DNA of 57,568 nt, counting the filler, from Platydemus manokwari (lineage: Eukaryota), in assembly GCA_037951405.1 (NCBI GenBank). It is 5 parts of 5 records of this genome, joined end to end, with 100 filler letters (N's around TTAATTAATTAA, not from the genome) between each part and the next. Parts side by side here need not be neighbours in the genome. Positions count along the whole stretch, not along the records: positions 9,816 to 27,580 come from JBBMOY010844422.1; positions 27,681 to 36,928 come from JBBMOY011277650.1; positions 37,029 to 46,485 come from JBBMOY011247652.1; 2 more parts are not named here. One strand, 5' to 3'. The translations under genes were made by a program, and so were the position numbers. The notes under the pieces were generated by a model that saw only the letters and a program-made list of their open reading frames with translations, ran no database searches and had not been told where the DNA came from. Positions 25,131 to 39,166 of this stretch are shown here, one piece after another. Positions within the stretch are counted from its first letter, which is position 1. Every line of letters begins with the position of its first letter.

Positions 25131-27580
25131 AATTATCCACGACAATAGTGTTTTTAAAAACGTAATTAAGACGTAACATATATTTAACTCAAATTATAAA
25201 GTTGTATTGATTTAATAATAAATTTGATTTATTGTCATCTTTATTAATGATTGTATACATACAACGTAAAATTTGAGGGATATCGGATTATTGGTGGAAA
25301 CATTGCCATAATCTGCATTACATTTTCTGACTAACAATTAAAAAAGAAACCCCATCAATAATAGTTACTGAAAATTGAGGAAAAATCCAACAAGTTAAGT
25401 TTACCAAAATAAAAAAGTTCAGTTGTCGATGAAAGAAAATCAAAAAATTTAAAGAACTTGTGTTGATAAGAAATAAAAATGATTTTAAATAAAGAAAAAC
25501 AATAACATCCAAATGAGTTTAAAAGCAACAATTTTTTAAACATATTTAGTTCTTCTAATTTAAGATAGTATTTTTTTTCTCATAATTTTTTGATAATAAT
25601 TAATTTCACAAAAAACTTATTTGTTATCTAATAATACATGCATCTAACATTGATAAAGGCTTTAAATTAAATATATAGCCATCTGGACCTCTTGGTAAAA
25701 TTTGAGGAACAAATCTCAAAATCAAGAAAAATGCTTTCGTTAATATGTTGAGGAATATTTTTACATTTTCATATAAAAATTATCAGTTTATTGTCCAGTA
25801 CAACTAATAATGCTCTCATCATAATTTCACTGACTCAGGAGTCAAGTAAAATCCACATACAATTCAATTTCACATATTAATTCTGATCAATAATTTTAAT
25901 TATATTTTAATAAAGCCGTATGAGCAGTCCAATGAAAATCTAATTCTAATCCAGTACCAATATAATATTATTCTCTTAAGATATCATTAAATTTGATAAT
26001 CATTATTCCGAAATGTCAATCGAATTTCATTAAAGTGCTCTTATCAATATGAAATATATTCAGACCCAGTAATCCACCAGTAACTGACAATGGCATAGGA
26101 CAGGGCTTTGTTTTATTTGCAACCTTTATTTCTAATAGTTTTTTGACTATTATTATTTTAATGTGTGTCTTTATCTTGATGAATCTTTACTATTATCTAA
26201 ATAATTTATCAGAGTATATAAATTTATGAAACAGTAAGGTTAATGTAAAATATGAGTTCCAATTTTTAAATAAATGAGACAATTAGATAGATTAAGGAAC
26301 AAAATGATCCAATAATAAGTTAAATATTTATTCCATTTAATTCAACTCTAATCCGAACAATATGAAAAGTCTTGAATTTATAAACGAAACTCACAACTAG
26401 AATAATAAAATAGATAGCCACGTTTAGGTGAGTTACCGATTGCAGCATTTCTTATCATTTAACTTTGATTGCAGCACTGAGTAAACGTCATTGATTTCTC
26501 GAAACTGCAAGTAATAACAACGAAATTTAACAACATTTAATTAAGTTAATAGAGGTTTTACTGTCGTTATTTATGAGTTTTCATTAACAGATAAGCCACA
26601 CATTTTCGGATAATACAAGATAATTTGTTAAGTAATCAGAAATTTCTCTTTTTATTCTTTGGTTGAATCTATATATTGAATGATAGTTTTGTTTTCAAAT
26701 TACCAGTAAACGGGTGCACGACGTAGTTGAATATAAACGTCTTACACTCATGCCTTTTATATGAGAATAAATCAACTATCTACTATAAACCTTACGAGAA
26801 CCCAAATAATTAATTTATCATCGCTGAAATAATATTCAAATACATTACTTGGTCCTTTTTTCAAGAAGAGTAGCCCAACAAAGAAATAACAAAATAATAC
26901 ATCTTAAAAATAGTTTATTTTTTTCTAATTAATTAATTGATTGTAAACAAAGAAACCCATACAATTATAACTGTTGACAAATTCCATAAAATAATATACT
27001 AGTAAAATTTTTATTACCAATTTATATAATAATCAGTCTCATTATAATAAACAGCTCAGGTATTGGTCCAAATAAGAGTAAATTTTAAACAAAAGTTTCA
27101 ATTTTTTAAATTTTAACAATATTTGGTGCAATATGGATATAATAAATAGTTAATCCCACCTTTTAAGACAATCTCATCTTAATTCTAATGATCTCTTGAT
27201 AATTAATTATAAGTCAAATTTGAACTTAAAACACTAAAAATATGATATCATAATTTCATGTTACAGACAATTTAAAAGTTGAAAAGTCGGTAAGCGACGG
27301 ATTAATTTGTGCAATGAGGAGGTAAATCTGATTTACTATACATATGAAGAATCTAAACAATAAAGAAACATAATTAATGGTGACTAATCCATCTACATTA
27401 CAGTAAAAAATTTAATAGTTATGTAAGAATCCCAACCACATATTTGGTACTAAGAAGTAAAGGAATAAATTAACTATGTCAATGTAGTAATATATGGTTA
27501 AAACTTGATTATGAATAAATTAATGATATAAAAATACAATGTTAAATGATTTTGATTAAAAAACTGAAATATAGATAAAT

Positions 27581-27680
27581 NNNNNNNNNNNNNNNNNNNN
27601 NNNNNNNNNNNNNNNNNNNNNNNNTTAATTAATTAANNNNNNNNNNNNNNNNNNNNNNNNNNNNNNNNNNNNNNNNNNNN
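27581..27680. other. Artificial assembly linker
   Basis: N44-TTAATTAATTAA-N44. Confidence 0.97.
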
Positions 27681-30600
27681 TATTATCACAAAATTGTCTA
27701 AATCATGATCGTTACTAATCCCAATAAAATAAAAGAGTTGTTGTTGATTAATCGATCACAAATAAAATAAAAATTATGAGTTCATTATTAATATCGTAAT
27801 TCTACAATAATAATAAATGCCAAAAAATAAAAAAAACACAATAAAGTACATTCTCGATTAATTAGAAATTATAAGATGCACAATATTATGTTACTGTGTA
27901 AGATAACAGAATAGATCCCTGAGGTAAACAATTAAGGTAGTACCATTTTGGAATGTGTAACGTGAACAATAATTACATCGTAATGTAAGACACCATTTTA
28001 TACATTATATATTTTACTAAATACCGATTTTACCTTTTGCTAAATGACATTCTCTTGAGATATAATGGTTTCTTCGAACAAAAATTTCTTTAAATAAATA
28101 GTATAAATAAATGCTTGATATGCCTAATTAAAATCCGGTAAATATTAGGATTTAAAATACACATAATGAATTTGATTAATGTACAGAATGTCATTTGCGC
28201 TTTGTAATTTGTACATTGTGAATTGTTCTGGATATCACAAATCTCTAAACATGTAGTCTTTTCCATTAGTTGTCTCTGGCAAACCAGATATTAATATTTT
28301 GTATTTAACTGTTTTGCTTTTTTGAAATATGTATTGTAGCTATAATAGTAAGCTCATTGATCGCCTAATGTTTCCTTAAGGCAATTTTGCATGACTCAAA
28401 CAATCTGTTGTAATCGTAATTTTTTATAATTGTTGTTATATTTCTCTTGTTCCTATGTTCCTGTCGAAAGATTTTGTAGTAAGAAAGCTTCATGTTCTAC
28501 TTCACTCATAACAAATAATTATCTACTGCTTTCATATTTCAGTATTTCGTTTCCATTGTTTATACAATAAAAATTTATGTTTTCAGTGACTGTTGTTTGG
28601 TTTTGGAAAAAACTATCACTTGAGTAATTGGGATCACTGACTTCTCAAGTTGAGAGTATTATCTCATCAATCCAATTACATCGTTCAGTGACTATGGCTT
28701 GTCAATCCTGTCGGATCACATGACAGATAAGGTAGTGAAATTGAGGTAGATGAAGGTTGAAGACATGTGTTGCAGTGTTTATCTTTACGAGTGATCTGGT
28801 TCGTCCTTTATAACAGCATATTGATATATGCCTACATTTATAATTATAATAGGCATATGTCTCTGACAAATATCGATCTGGAAAAGATTTATAATATTAT
28901 CCAGCCTTTTGCAAATATTGATCTGGAGGCAATCGTCCACGAATCAATTTACAAGATTAAAGTAATCGAAAATAGATTCTGATCAGACTAGGAGTAAAGC
29001 GATATTTTCTCTTCATATTCTCCTATTTTGATATTGTCATCTATTCTCGGCTGGTAGCGATTGAATCGGTAAAATTTGAATCTTATGAAATTTGTGGTAA
29101 GAAAAATTTCGAACTTGTTTATGGTAATAATATTGAGGCAGTGATAGGTGTGTTGACGATTTTATGGTTAAATTTTCATAATCCTGAATTGTGCTTGTGT
29201 TTCATTGAAAGGCTACACTAATAATTCCTTATCAAAATCTATTTCAAACATAATTCCTGTTTCAGTTAACATTAACCCACATGTCTCTGATTTTTAAACC
29301 TTCATTATTACTTAAATTTTAGAAAAGAAAATTTCGTTTTTAATCAATATCACAAAAATTTAATCTTTAAGTTATTGCTTCAGTAACCTTAAAATTATTT
29401 TATCAAATTTCAGAATAAGAAAATAGCAATAAATACTGCTGTTCAATGTACCATCAAGAAAACAATTTATTGAAATGATAATGCGATATCTTTTCTAATT
29501 CAGACTCAATCCTTCATATATTTAACCCAAATATTGTCCTTGACCTTTATAAGTGTGAGTAATCAAAAGATTTTATAAATAATTTTTAAAATTTTTAAAT
29601 GAAAAATGATTGGCTGGAATATACTTTAATAAACGTGCACATATAGATTGATAATATTCGATTTATTTTCAATTAATATTGGATGATATTGTAGTAGATA
29701 ACATGTATAAGCTATTTTACAGACAGAGGAACATTCAGAGCGCTTAATAAATGGAATAACTTTGTATAATATTAATATTCAAACCCGCTAAAATCTTCTT
29801 TTAATTAAGATTTCCTGATGTTTTTAACAAAGTTACTTTGATAAAACATGGAGTCTTCATTCCACAAATATTTCATAATTTATAGTTTTAATGTTTCTGA
29901 ATACTATACTCAATAATATATTATTTCATCAATAAATGTCGACAGAAATATTTTGAAAATTGAAATTGAACTTGCAATTGACCAAATGAAGTTCAAAAGA
30001 ATCTATTTTGAATTTTTTGAAATTTTACTGTGAAAAGCATTCACTTAGTTAATTCAATGGGAATTGCTTTGTTCTATTTTATCCATTAATATATTGGAAG
30101 CAGATCTATCTGTGTGAATTGCCAGAGCAGATTTTAATCAAATTTATTGACTGCATTCCTTTTTATTTAATACTGTTAACGGAATTTAATATTTGGAAAA
30201 CAATGTTTTATGGCGTCATTAAGTTATGAAAATATATTTGGCGATCCCATGATAAAAGAATAGATAAAATGAAAAAGGTTTGATATTCACTGAGTGGAAA
30301 TAAATAATTGACTAAATTTCGTTTCATTCCAGTTTTTAATAGTACAATTTTAATAAAATATTTTTGATTATTGATTTAATTTTCCGTTTTTGTAGAAAAA
30401 TTAATAAAAAATAAAAATCATGAACTAATAAAAGAACCAGAATGGCAAAGGTTGCTACAAACCTGGAATAAAAAGTGTAGCTCAAGATCTGTAATTTAAT
30501 AAATGAGACATGCAAAAGTATATGTTCGAATCACAATAAATTTTAGTAGCAGAATTGTGTCCAGTAACACGAAATAAATAATGATAACGAAATATCATAA

Positions 30601-30957
30601 CTTATTCATAAATTTTATCTGTACAGTCGCAAAGATGTGGTGAGTAAAGGGCCATTTCAAGGAAGATGAGAGCAAAAATTAGCTGTATAAAAATATCGAG
30701 TTTTACAGAGAATGATGATTGCAAGTAAATGATTTGAGTGAAATATTGAATGGAAGACAGAATGAGTTGATAAACAACACGGCTAACCTAACATATAGAA
30801 AAATAATGATAAGACTGGAATGTTTTAAGGCAAGTATCATTGATTGGAGAAGAGTGCCTACCTGCAAACGGAATAGAAATTATGAACAGATAAGCTCTTA
30901 ATCATAAGTCTTTTTATACGGAATGGTTTATTTAAGACAATCACGTTATTATATACA

Positions 30958-33640
30958 TCATCTTGTTTCTGATAATTTAATAACGTCTTGGGGATTTATT
31001 TGATTGTAGCAATTGACAATTGCGCAACCACTAATTAACAAGCTTTCAACCAAGCACACAGACACCATGCGTGCCACATTCACATTTCCATTTACGAATC
31101 TTCCTTGCATATCTGTCACCCTTTCTATACTGTTTATTAGCACTATGCGGCCTCGTTCTTGAGCTTGTGACACTTATCGTGAATTATTTCTATTATTTGG
31201 TATGAACTTTCATATCTATCTTCCATTTAATAGGGTTTTTCTCTTTTTATTAATACCCATTGATTTACATTGTATTTTTTTCGTTTGTTGTTCTCGCTTG
31301 TTCTTCTCATTATATCTAGCTCTCAGTTGTTTTTCAATATTTCTTTGATTCTGTTTGCTCTGATTCTCCAACTGATGTTCATTTATATCTTCTTTGTCTT
31401 TTTGTCATTTTTTAGTAATAGGCCTATCAAAAACTATTTCAGTTGCTGAAAATTTCGTCGACTTTTGTATTATAGCATTCTGCGTAAATTCAATATCAGA
31501 CAATACATTTACCCAATCTGTATATTTCTTGTCTTGAGTCCTTGTCATTATTGCGTCCCGCATTGTTCGAAATTGTAACTCGATCACACCATTGATACTG
31601 TGATGATAAGGATTTGATTGTTTCAATACAATGTGATGCTTTGTCAAGAGTTCTGAAATAATTTTGGATTTGAATACTCTCCGTTTATCTATTTATTTCG
31701 TAGCACTTCTGCTGTGTTTTCTCGTCTTAGTAGGCAACCACTGCGAATGAAATGTATTTGCTGAAATGGTCAATAATTGTCAAAATCTGTTGTTTCCCTG
31801 ATCATGTTCTATTTAATGGTCCACAGAAATAGACACACACATCTTTAAATATTTCATTAGAATCTTGGTTTATAACATTTTCCTTTGTTTTTCTACTCCA
31901 CGTTTTCCTTTTTTGACATTCTTCACATTTTTCTATTACGCTTCTAACAGTCGCTCCAGTTGCTTGTATTGGAAGATTATTACGCAAATATTCTCACACC
32001 TTTTCGTATTTGCATGGCACAGCTTTTTGTGTAATTCAAATATTGTTTATTTTATTTTTATCCTTTCAATTTCACCATTTTCTGTATTTTTTGGATAGCC
32101 AATAATCTGCTTTTGTTCTCACCTGTTTTTGCATTCTCATGAACCGTCTGGAACTGGCTGCAAGAATTACAAGACTTTGAAGACATTGCATTGGCATTAC
32201 TATGAGTTTAACCTTTATATATTCTACCTCCATATCTAAGCCACTTTAAAAATTTATCCAATCCTGGAATTGCGCAGTAACGGGCTTCTTTGTCTGTATC
32301 ATGAGCATTATGGCCTTGTGATCAGTTCTCAAAATGTATATTTTTCCATAAAGATAATGTTTGAAGTGAGAAACAAAAATAATAAATGAGTAACAGTCCT
32401 TTACGCTTAATGCAGTAGCCTACATTGCGTTATTTCATCGATTTCGAGCCATATTATATCATCTTTTCGTTTTTATTTTCGTCTATTTGAAAAAGAAATC
32501 CTGAAATCGTATCAAAATTTGCATCAATGTCCAAAATGAAATCCTTTCAAATATCCTAATATCTTAAGATCAGAGTGAAAATCATCTGTGATTTTAAATT
32601 ATTGACACAGTTTTCAGATTCTTCGGACCAATTCGGTTTTGACTTACTGAACCCACACAAGCTTTCCAGTATTTTAGCGTGCTTCACATATTCTTTTACA
32701 TATTTTCTATAATAGGTAGTTAGATCTAAAAACATCTGAGTCGTTTTACAAAGGTAGATTTTTTAAATTCCTACATGGCTCTCTTTTTTTCCTTATTCGT
32801 TGAATTTCCGTCTTTGCTTACAATGTGCCCGAGGATCTTTATTTTACGTTTCATAAAATGACATTTATCTGTGCTAATCCTTAGTCTTGAGTCATGTATT
32901 CTTTAAAAAACTCGTTCTAATCTTTCCTGGTGTTCTTTTTTGTTTTTCGCGAAGACTAATATATCATCAAGATCCTTCCTTAAATTTCACAGATCCAAGT
33001 ACTTGAGTCATCAACTTTTGGAAAGTCACTGTGGCTGCTGGAGTACCAAATGGCATTCAATTGAAACAGAATTGCCCATTCTTCGTATAGAATTCCCTCT
33101 TTCATTGCGAGTCGTCCTCTAGTTCTACTAGATAATAAACAATTCCCAAGTCAATCGTGCCGAAAAAATTAGCACCATTTAAAATATCCATAACTTTTCC
33201 TCTACGTTCGGAATTGGAAACAAAGGTTGTTCAGTTATCGCATTCAAGTCATGAAAATCTAAGCATATTTTTATATCAGATTTATTATTCTTGGAAGTAC
33301 ACACTAATGAAGTGTTTCATGCTGATTTGCATTTTCAAATTATTCCGGTATTTTCATTTCTTTGATTATTTCACTGATCTTGATTTCTAAATGTAAGGGC
33401 CGTCTACTAGTATAAATGGTTATCGGTGTATCATTAGCAACGATTCGATGCTTAAGAATATCTGTCTTAACTTTGTCCCACTTATTTCTCATGAAACTAT
33501 CTTTATGCTTTTCCAAAAGTTTATTTGTTTTCACGTCTAAAACGTTTGTTACGTTTTGGGGTCATTGCTTTTATTTCTTTTATTATCTTTTTACTTGATC
33601 GAAATCTACATCTTTATCAGTACTCTGAGTTCGTCTTGAC
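30958..33640 (-). mobile_element. pol: Decayed Ty3/gypsy LTR retrotransposon pol (RT-RNaseH-integrase)
   Basis: Minus-strand motifs in gypsy order: KTDILKHRI, MPFG..ATVTFQ (~33015-33060), DLDDILVFAK (~32945-32974), FILDIDANFDTISG (~32500-32545), RTDHKA (~32312-32330), CEECQ and YFCGPL (31802-31987), PYHHSINGVIE (31405-31647). Many stops and frameshifts. Confidence 0.9.
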
Positions 33641-33679
33641 TCTCAGGTAGTAATATGAATTATTTATTTTTATTAGCAT

Positions 33680-34929
33680 TTCGCCTCGACGTTCTCAACT
33701 TATATAAAGAAGGGAGGAACGGCGTATAAATCGATTTTATTGATTTTATTTTAATAATTTACTTTGTTGCTGTCCTATTTATGGTATTGATTTTGATTTT
33801 ATTGATTTTACTATCAATCTCATTTAATAATGTACCAGAATAATTTTAAAAGGTAATGAATGACAATGAAATTTATGTATAATAAAATTATGATATCCTA
33901 TGCCAACTGGCAGATATAAAACCAACTCAATTTTACAATTATTTATTATACACCAAATTATATACAGCAGTGATTATAAATTACTGCTTTTATACGACAA
34001 TTATTTGCAAATTACAATAAATATAAATGACTACTTTTATACAACGATTTTAGCAAAATACTTTTATACACTTAAACGATGGTTTTAATTTACAATTCAG
34101 GGAAGCAAATTGTGGACCAACAAGACCCATCGTAATATTGAGTAAGTGTCCGTATCAAAAGGCTTTTTGAGCTCGGCTCGGGAAATAGGGAGAATATGCG
34201 ATAAAGATAATTTAATATATAATTTTAAATGTATTATCTTACTGTCTGTTCTTCCAGTAGAAAATACTGGGCATATCCTAATCCCGGTTCTGGCAATGAA
34301 TCGTCAATGTTACGTTATGGTCCTTGTAAAAATTTTGCCTATTGTGTTCTTGTGTGTTAATGATTGCGGTTACTGCCTTATATAGGCAGTGGTGAGTGTA
34401 TTTAATTTAATGTAGTGCATATATGTTTAATGTACTATGATTTATCGTGGTAGAGAAAAATTCTCTGCAATTTAATGCGCAGTAGTTTATTTTATTTAAT
34501 GAATGGCTATTAATTTATTCTAACCGGTTATTTTATTCGTGGTGCGTGATAACTTATTGCGTTTCATTATTTTATAGATAAATTTACTATATGTGTTGTT
34601 TTAATGAGTGAATTTATTATACGGTAATTTTAATGGTTTTAATTTTATTATATCAATGCCGGGTTTCTTATTTTTTATAGGGATTATAAATTGGAGTTTA
34701 AATTATATTATACATTATATTATACAATTATATTATAAATTATATTATACAATTATATTATACAATTATATTATACAATTATATTATACATTATATTCCA
34801 ATTGGTCACAAATCTCCTTGAATTTTCATAAAAAACATTTTTCATACAATAATAAAAATTATACATTAATGCATGCAATTACTGTTGGATTAAAAATTGT
34901 CATAGGCCCCAAAACCTAACACGTTAACA
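33680..34929 (-). mobile_element. Repeat/LTR-like segment abutting the 5' side of the gypsy pol
   Basis: Begins TGTTAAC on the minus strand at 34929. Both ends are homologous to a shorter copy at 3710-3968. Confidence 0.5.
34702..34797. repeat. Minisatellite, ~7 copies of ATTATATTATAC(A)
   Basis: Directly visible tandem 12-13 bp unit. Confidence 0.9.
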
Positions 34930-35847
34930 TACTCGAAAATTGTTCTCTTGTACCCAACAATTTTAGCACTCAATTCTATATTAAATTCATTCATAGTCTC
35001 TACCACATATATATTTTATTATTTTAGTTATGTCTCTGATTGTCATTTGTAATAATATAGTACCCAGAATCGTTAAATTACTTGGTAGACTAAACAGTTT
35101 TATAAGAAATAAATTTTTGCATGAACTCTGAGAATAATCCTCATAAAATTACTTCACAAAACGAAAACTTGTCTTATAAAAAAAATACTTTTTCTTAATC
35201 TATGTCGATTAATTTAATTATTTAAAAATGAAATTATGCTGATTATTTGGTTTTATTCCCTTGCATATCATAGCAATACATTACAACAAAAGCATTTCTA
35301 GAAAATATTTATTAACAACTTACTGATAGAGTGTAACTTTATGACGAGATAGAAACATGTAATATTAGTTGATGAAGTGTTTACATCATTTGACATTTTC
35401 TCTAAGACAAATGAGAGAAAACTTGATATGATTATCACTATCTAGAACAATTAATCTTCTAAACAAGTGGGATAATGTATTATGGCAAACTGTTGACATT
35501 TATTCATGTCCGTCAGTTACTGATAAATATTGCTTATTTATTTCGTATTTGTTCTCAATTAAATTGCGGATTAAATAACAAATTCATTTAAATTATGAAT
35601 CTAAATTCGCTTCATCCATGAAAACATTTCTAAATGTTCAACCTACACAGTTTCCATTGAACGACATATATTAAACTAGGAATACAACACCAAGAAAAGA
35701 AACACAGCAATTCGAAAAAAGTGAAGGAAATATTCTTGCACTGGTGGATACATCTGTGAAGAGATTAAGCTTTCGCATCCAGAGGTTTCGACTTGAACTA
35801 TAAACAAATTACTGAGACAATGAATTATAAATTCTTCGACATTTATT

Positions 35848-38800
35848 TTAATAAAAAAAATATTGTAATAAGAACAAATGATTTGGAATTTGCACTGAGG
35901 AAAGACAGGAAAGAATGAAATGCAATTGATCACACCTCTTGATCATATATCTTTTAATCACACGAAGTTTTGCATTTGAAATCTTATTAAACAATGTTCC
36001 ACAATGCAATGTAGTTTTCGAATGGATAAATTTATAACAACCGATTTCCCTCAGATTATTATAGACACTTTTGATATCGATTTTAAATTTTATAGAAATG
36101 ATATTTATAAAATTAACATTGACACACAGAATTCCACAATTGATAGTGGAACATGGAATATGAGAGATGAAATAAAATGATTTCTTCAAACAAAAAATTT
36201 AAAAATTTAAATAAATTTCAAGAATAAAATGAATAATTACAAATTAGTTACGTGCCGAATTTGATTTATGTAAGCAATGCCGTATGGACTTTTGATTGGG
36301 TACTGCGGATACGTCTGTCCATCTGATTAGTTAATCACAAATCTAAAAAGCATGCAATTGTTATCATTAATTGCCTCTGTCAAACTCATTAATAATACTT
36401 TGCGTTGATTCTTTTTGCATTTCTGAATTATTTATCGTAGCTACTGTGCTAAGTTTATTGGTCACCTATCGTTTCTCTTGGATATTTCACCTGACTCAAA
36501 CAACCTTTCTAAATATACTGTAACAATAATTTCTTATTAATTGATGGTATAATTATCTTGCCAATAGGTGACTTCCGAAAGATACTTTGAGGTACTAAAG
36601 TGACAAAACTGCTTATCATGCTGCCATAGTTATCAATAGTTTTTCTCTAGTGTTTTTATATTTTAGCATCCTGTTTCCATGATTTCTATAAAGAAAATTC
36701 TATTTTCTATTTATTATTTCCTGTTTCCCTGTTTCTCGTTAGATTAATTGAATTAATCCTTCATTTTTAAAGTATTCCTTATATTTAAAAGCTCCAGAAA
36801 ATCGTGATAAAAATATGTATAAAACTCAAAAAATATGATCTACTGTAAAACCCCGAGTATAAGCTGCAGCTAATACGTACATAACGGCAACATTTTTGAA
36901 TTGCAGCTAATATGATGTGCAGCTTATANNNNNNNNNNNNNNNNNNNNNNNNNNNNNNNNNNNNNNNNNNNNTTAATTAATTAANNNNNNNNNNNNNNNN
37001 NNNNNNNNNNNNNNNNNNNNNNNNNNNNGACATTAGAATTTAATGATTAAGTTATAGTTCAAATAAGTTGAAAGTGAATACATAGATCAAATTCAACATA
37101 CTTACAATTACAAATTAAATTTTAGTACAATTAATTAGACTAATGTGAGGGTGGTGCATGAGAAAAAATTATATAAAAGACCATTGAAACAATTAAATTG
37201 ATAAATCATGATTTAATAATGTTTTCTAAAACGATATTGTGCATCATATATGGTGAAAATAAAATTATTTTTTAATCGAGTGGAACACAATGTTGTAATA
37301 AAAATTCTCTTTAAGGAGTTGCTTTGCTAAGGTTAATGTAATGTTAATTGTGTTAAGCTATTCAATATGATATTTGCTACACACCTCTTTGAACTTTAAC
37401 TTTGCATGCTTCTTTATGAATAACTGAAATTAGAATTTTCTTTCTACACGATTCAATTTTCATATGGCATTCACTCTTATAGGTTACATCATCAGAACCA
37501 CATACTGGTACTTGATCGACTTTGGTACATACTTCTTCTGGATCAAGACATTTGCATCTGGTACCACTACCGTCTTCAGTCATTTCACACACTCCATTGA
37601 ATTCGCATTTAAAAAATTTGCACATATCTGTAAAACATTATTTTTTTAATGAAATTCTTATAAAGCAATCTTACCGCATCGGCCTTCATATTGTTTACCT
37701 ATGAACCTGTTGGCTTTACAGCTGACGATTTTCATTTCACATATATTTGTATAGGTGATTTCATCAGTTCCGCAAATAGTCGGGCTATCAGCTGAGCATT
37801 TATCTGTTGGACATTTACAATGTGGATATGGATGGGAAATACATGTTGCATATGACGGACATTTTTGATGTTTACAAAATTGCGATATAGATTGACTTAT
37901 TTCATCTTGTTGAACATCAGTTTTTTCTGATTTACAATAAAGACTGAATTAATCTACTGTATATAAGCATGATACAAGTTATTTAATTGTCAAACTACCA
38001 TATTTAGAGTCAGTGAAATGATTATTTCAAATGTTTTCAAATATAATCACACTATTTTATTTTTATAAAGCAGATACATTCCGCAAGTAATCGCTTAGAA
38101 AAATCTCTAATTTTAAAGATAAATGTAAGAATATGCTCCTCATTATCTAATTATTTTATTAAAAACTCATAAATATACGTCTATGAACCTTCATCAAAAT
38201 ACTGATATATTATCATTTATAGTTGCTTTTAGATCTTTGCAGATTCAAGGACATATTTGACGTTTAGAACCAAGATTAAATTGAGAGCTCACATAAATCA
38301 TATTATATTGGAAAGAGTAATAGAGATTTTTATTTTGTAAATAATTGGTCACAAGGACCTAATCAAAACCTAATCACCTATCATAAAGATTTATAATATG
38401 TATGTGTATAAATATCTTACCATTTTGCTTTATTACCATTGATCTATCACACTTGTAAATTTGGGAAATTTTGATAGACCTTTGTAAAATACATTCTTGG
38501 CGTTTCATATGACATTCTGATTCGTAAAACATGCCATCACTACCACAAATTCGATTTTCTTTTAATCCCGATGTGCATTGCTTCGTAGAACAATGACATA
38601 CAGCTGTCGGTGGATTGCCAGGCCATCTTTGACATAGAGCTCCAAATTTACAATCAAGCTTACTACAAGGGTCATTGTTTTGAATAAGCATACCAGTATC
38701 ACCTGTAACCAGTTATAATTCAGATAATAAAATAAAAATTCAAAAATTAATGTTTACCGTTAATATACGCACTTATTCTTTTTTCAAAAGATCCATCTCC

Positions 38801-39166
38801 GAATTCAATAATGAATTTCAAATCAAAGAAATTTGGCACATTTGTTTTTTCCAAATAGATAATATAATCATCTCCTGATTTCGGTTTTATTTTACAGTCT
38901 TTGATGTACTTTATTTTTCGAACCAAAATCAAATGATAATCATTGTTGTGACTTATCTTTTTAACTGCATTAATTAATTCGAATCCTTTTAGAATTTTTA
39001 TCACCGAAACAACAATATCATTGTTTTCCAAATTTAAGATACGTCCAACGATGATCAAATCTGAATTTCTGATTTTGTCTCGGAATCCGATCGTTAAATC
39101 ACACTCGTTGACTTCGACATTTCCACTTACAAAAGAAAGTAAAAAACAAAATACCACCAGCATCAT
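35848..39166 (-). CDS. Secreted agrin-like protein: signal peptide, NtA-like domain, three follistatin/Kazal domains, unique C-terminus (model 530 aa)
   Basis: Exons (minus) 39166-38758, 38702-38421, 37926-37675, 37627-37385, then across a linker 36322-36252 and 36183-35848; phases are consistent (1593 nt). Signal MMLVVFCFLLSFVSG; NtA-like NSDLIIVGRI..VSVIKILKG; Kazal motifs ICGSDGMFYESEC, ICGTDEITYTNIC, VCGSDDVTYKSEC. The last two exons are less certain. Confidence 0.8.
36841..36928. mobile_element. pogo/Tc2-like MITE truncated at the assembly gap
   Basis: TA-CTGTAAAACCCCGAGTATAAGCTGCA terminus; TATAAGCTGCA (36858-36868) is inverted at 36918-36928, immediately before the Ns. Confidence 0.6.
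36929..37028. other. Artificial assembly linker
   Basis: N44-TTAATTAATTAA-N44. Confidence 0.97.

Noticed and set aside
27625-27636. Recurrent TTAATTAATTAA as a biological repeat or CRISPR-like unit
   Set aside because: Always centred in exactly 44+44 Ns; it is a synthetic linker.
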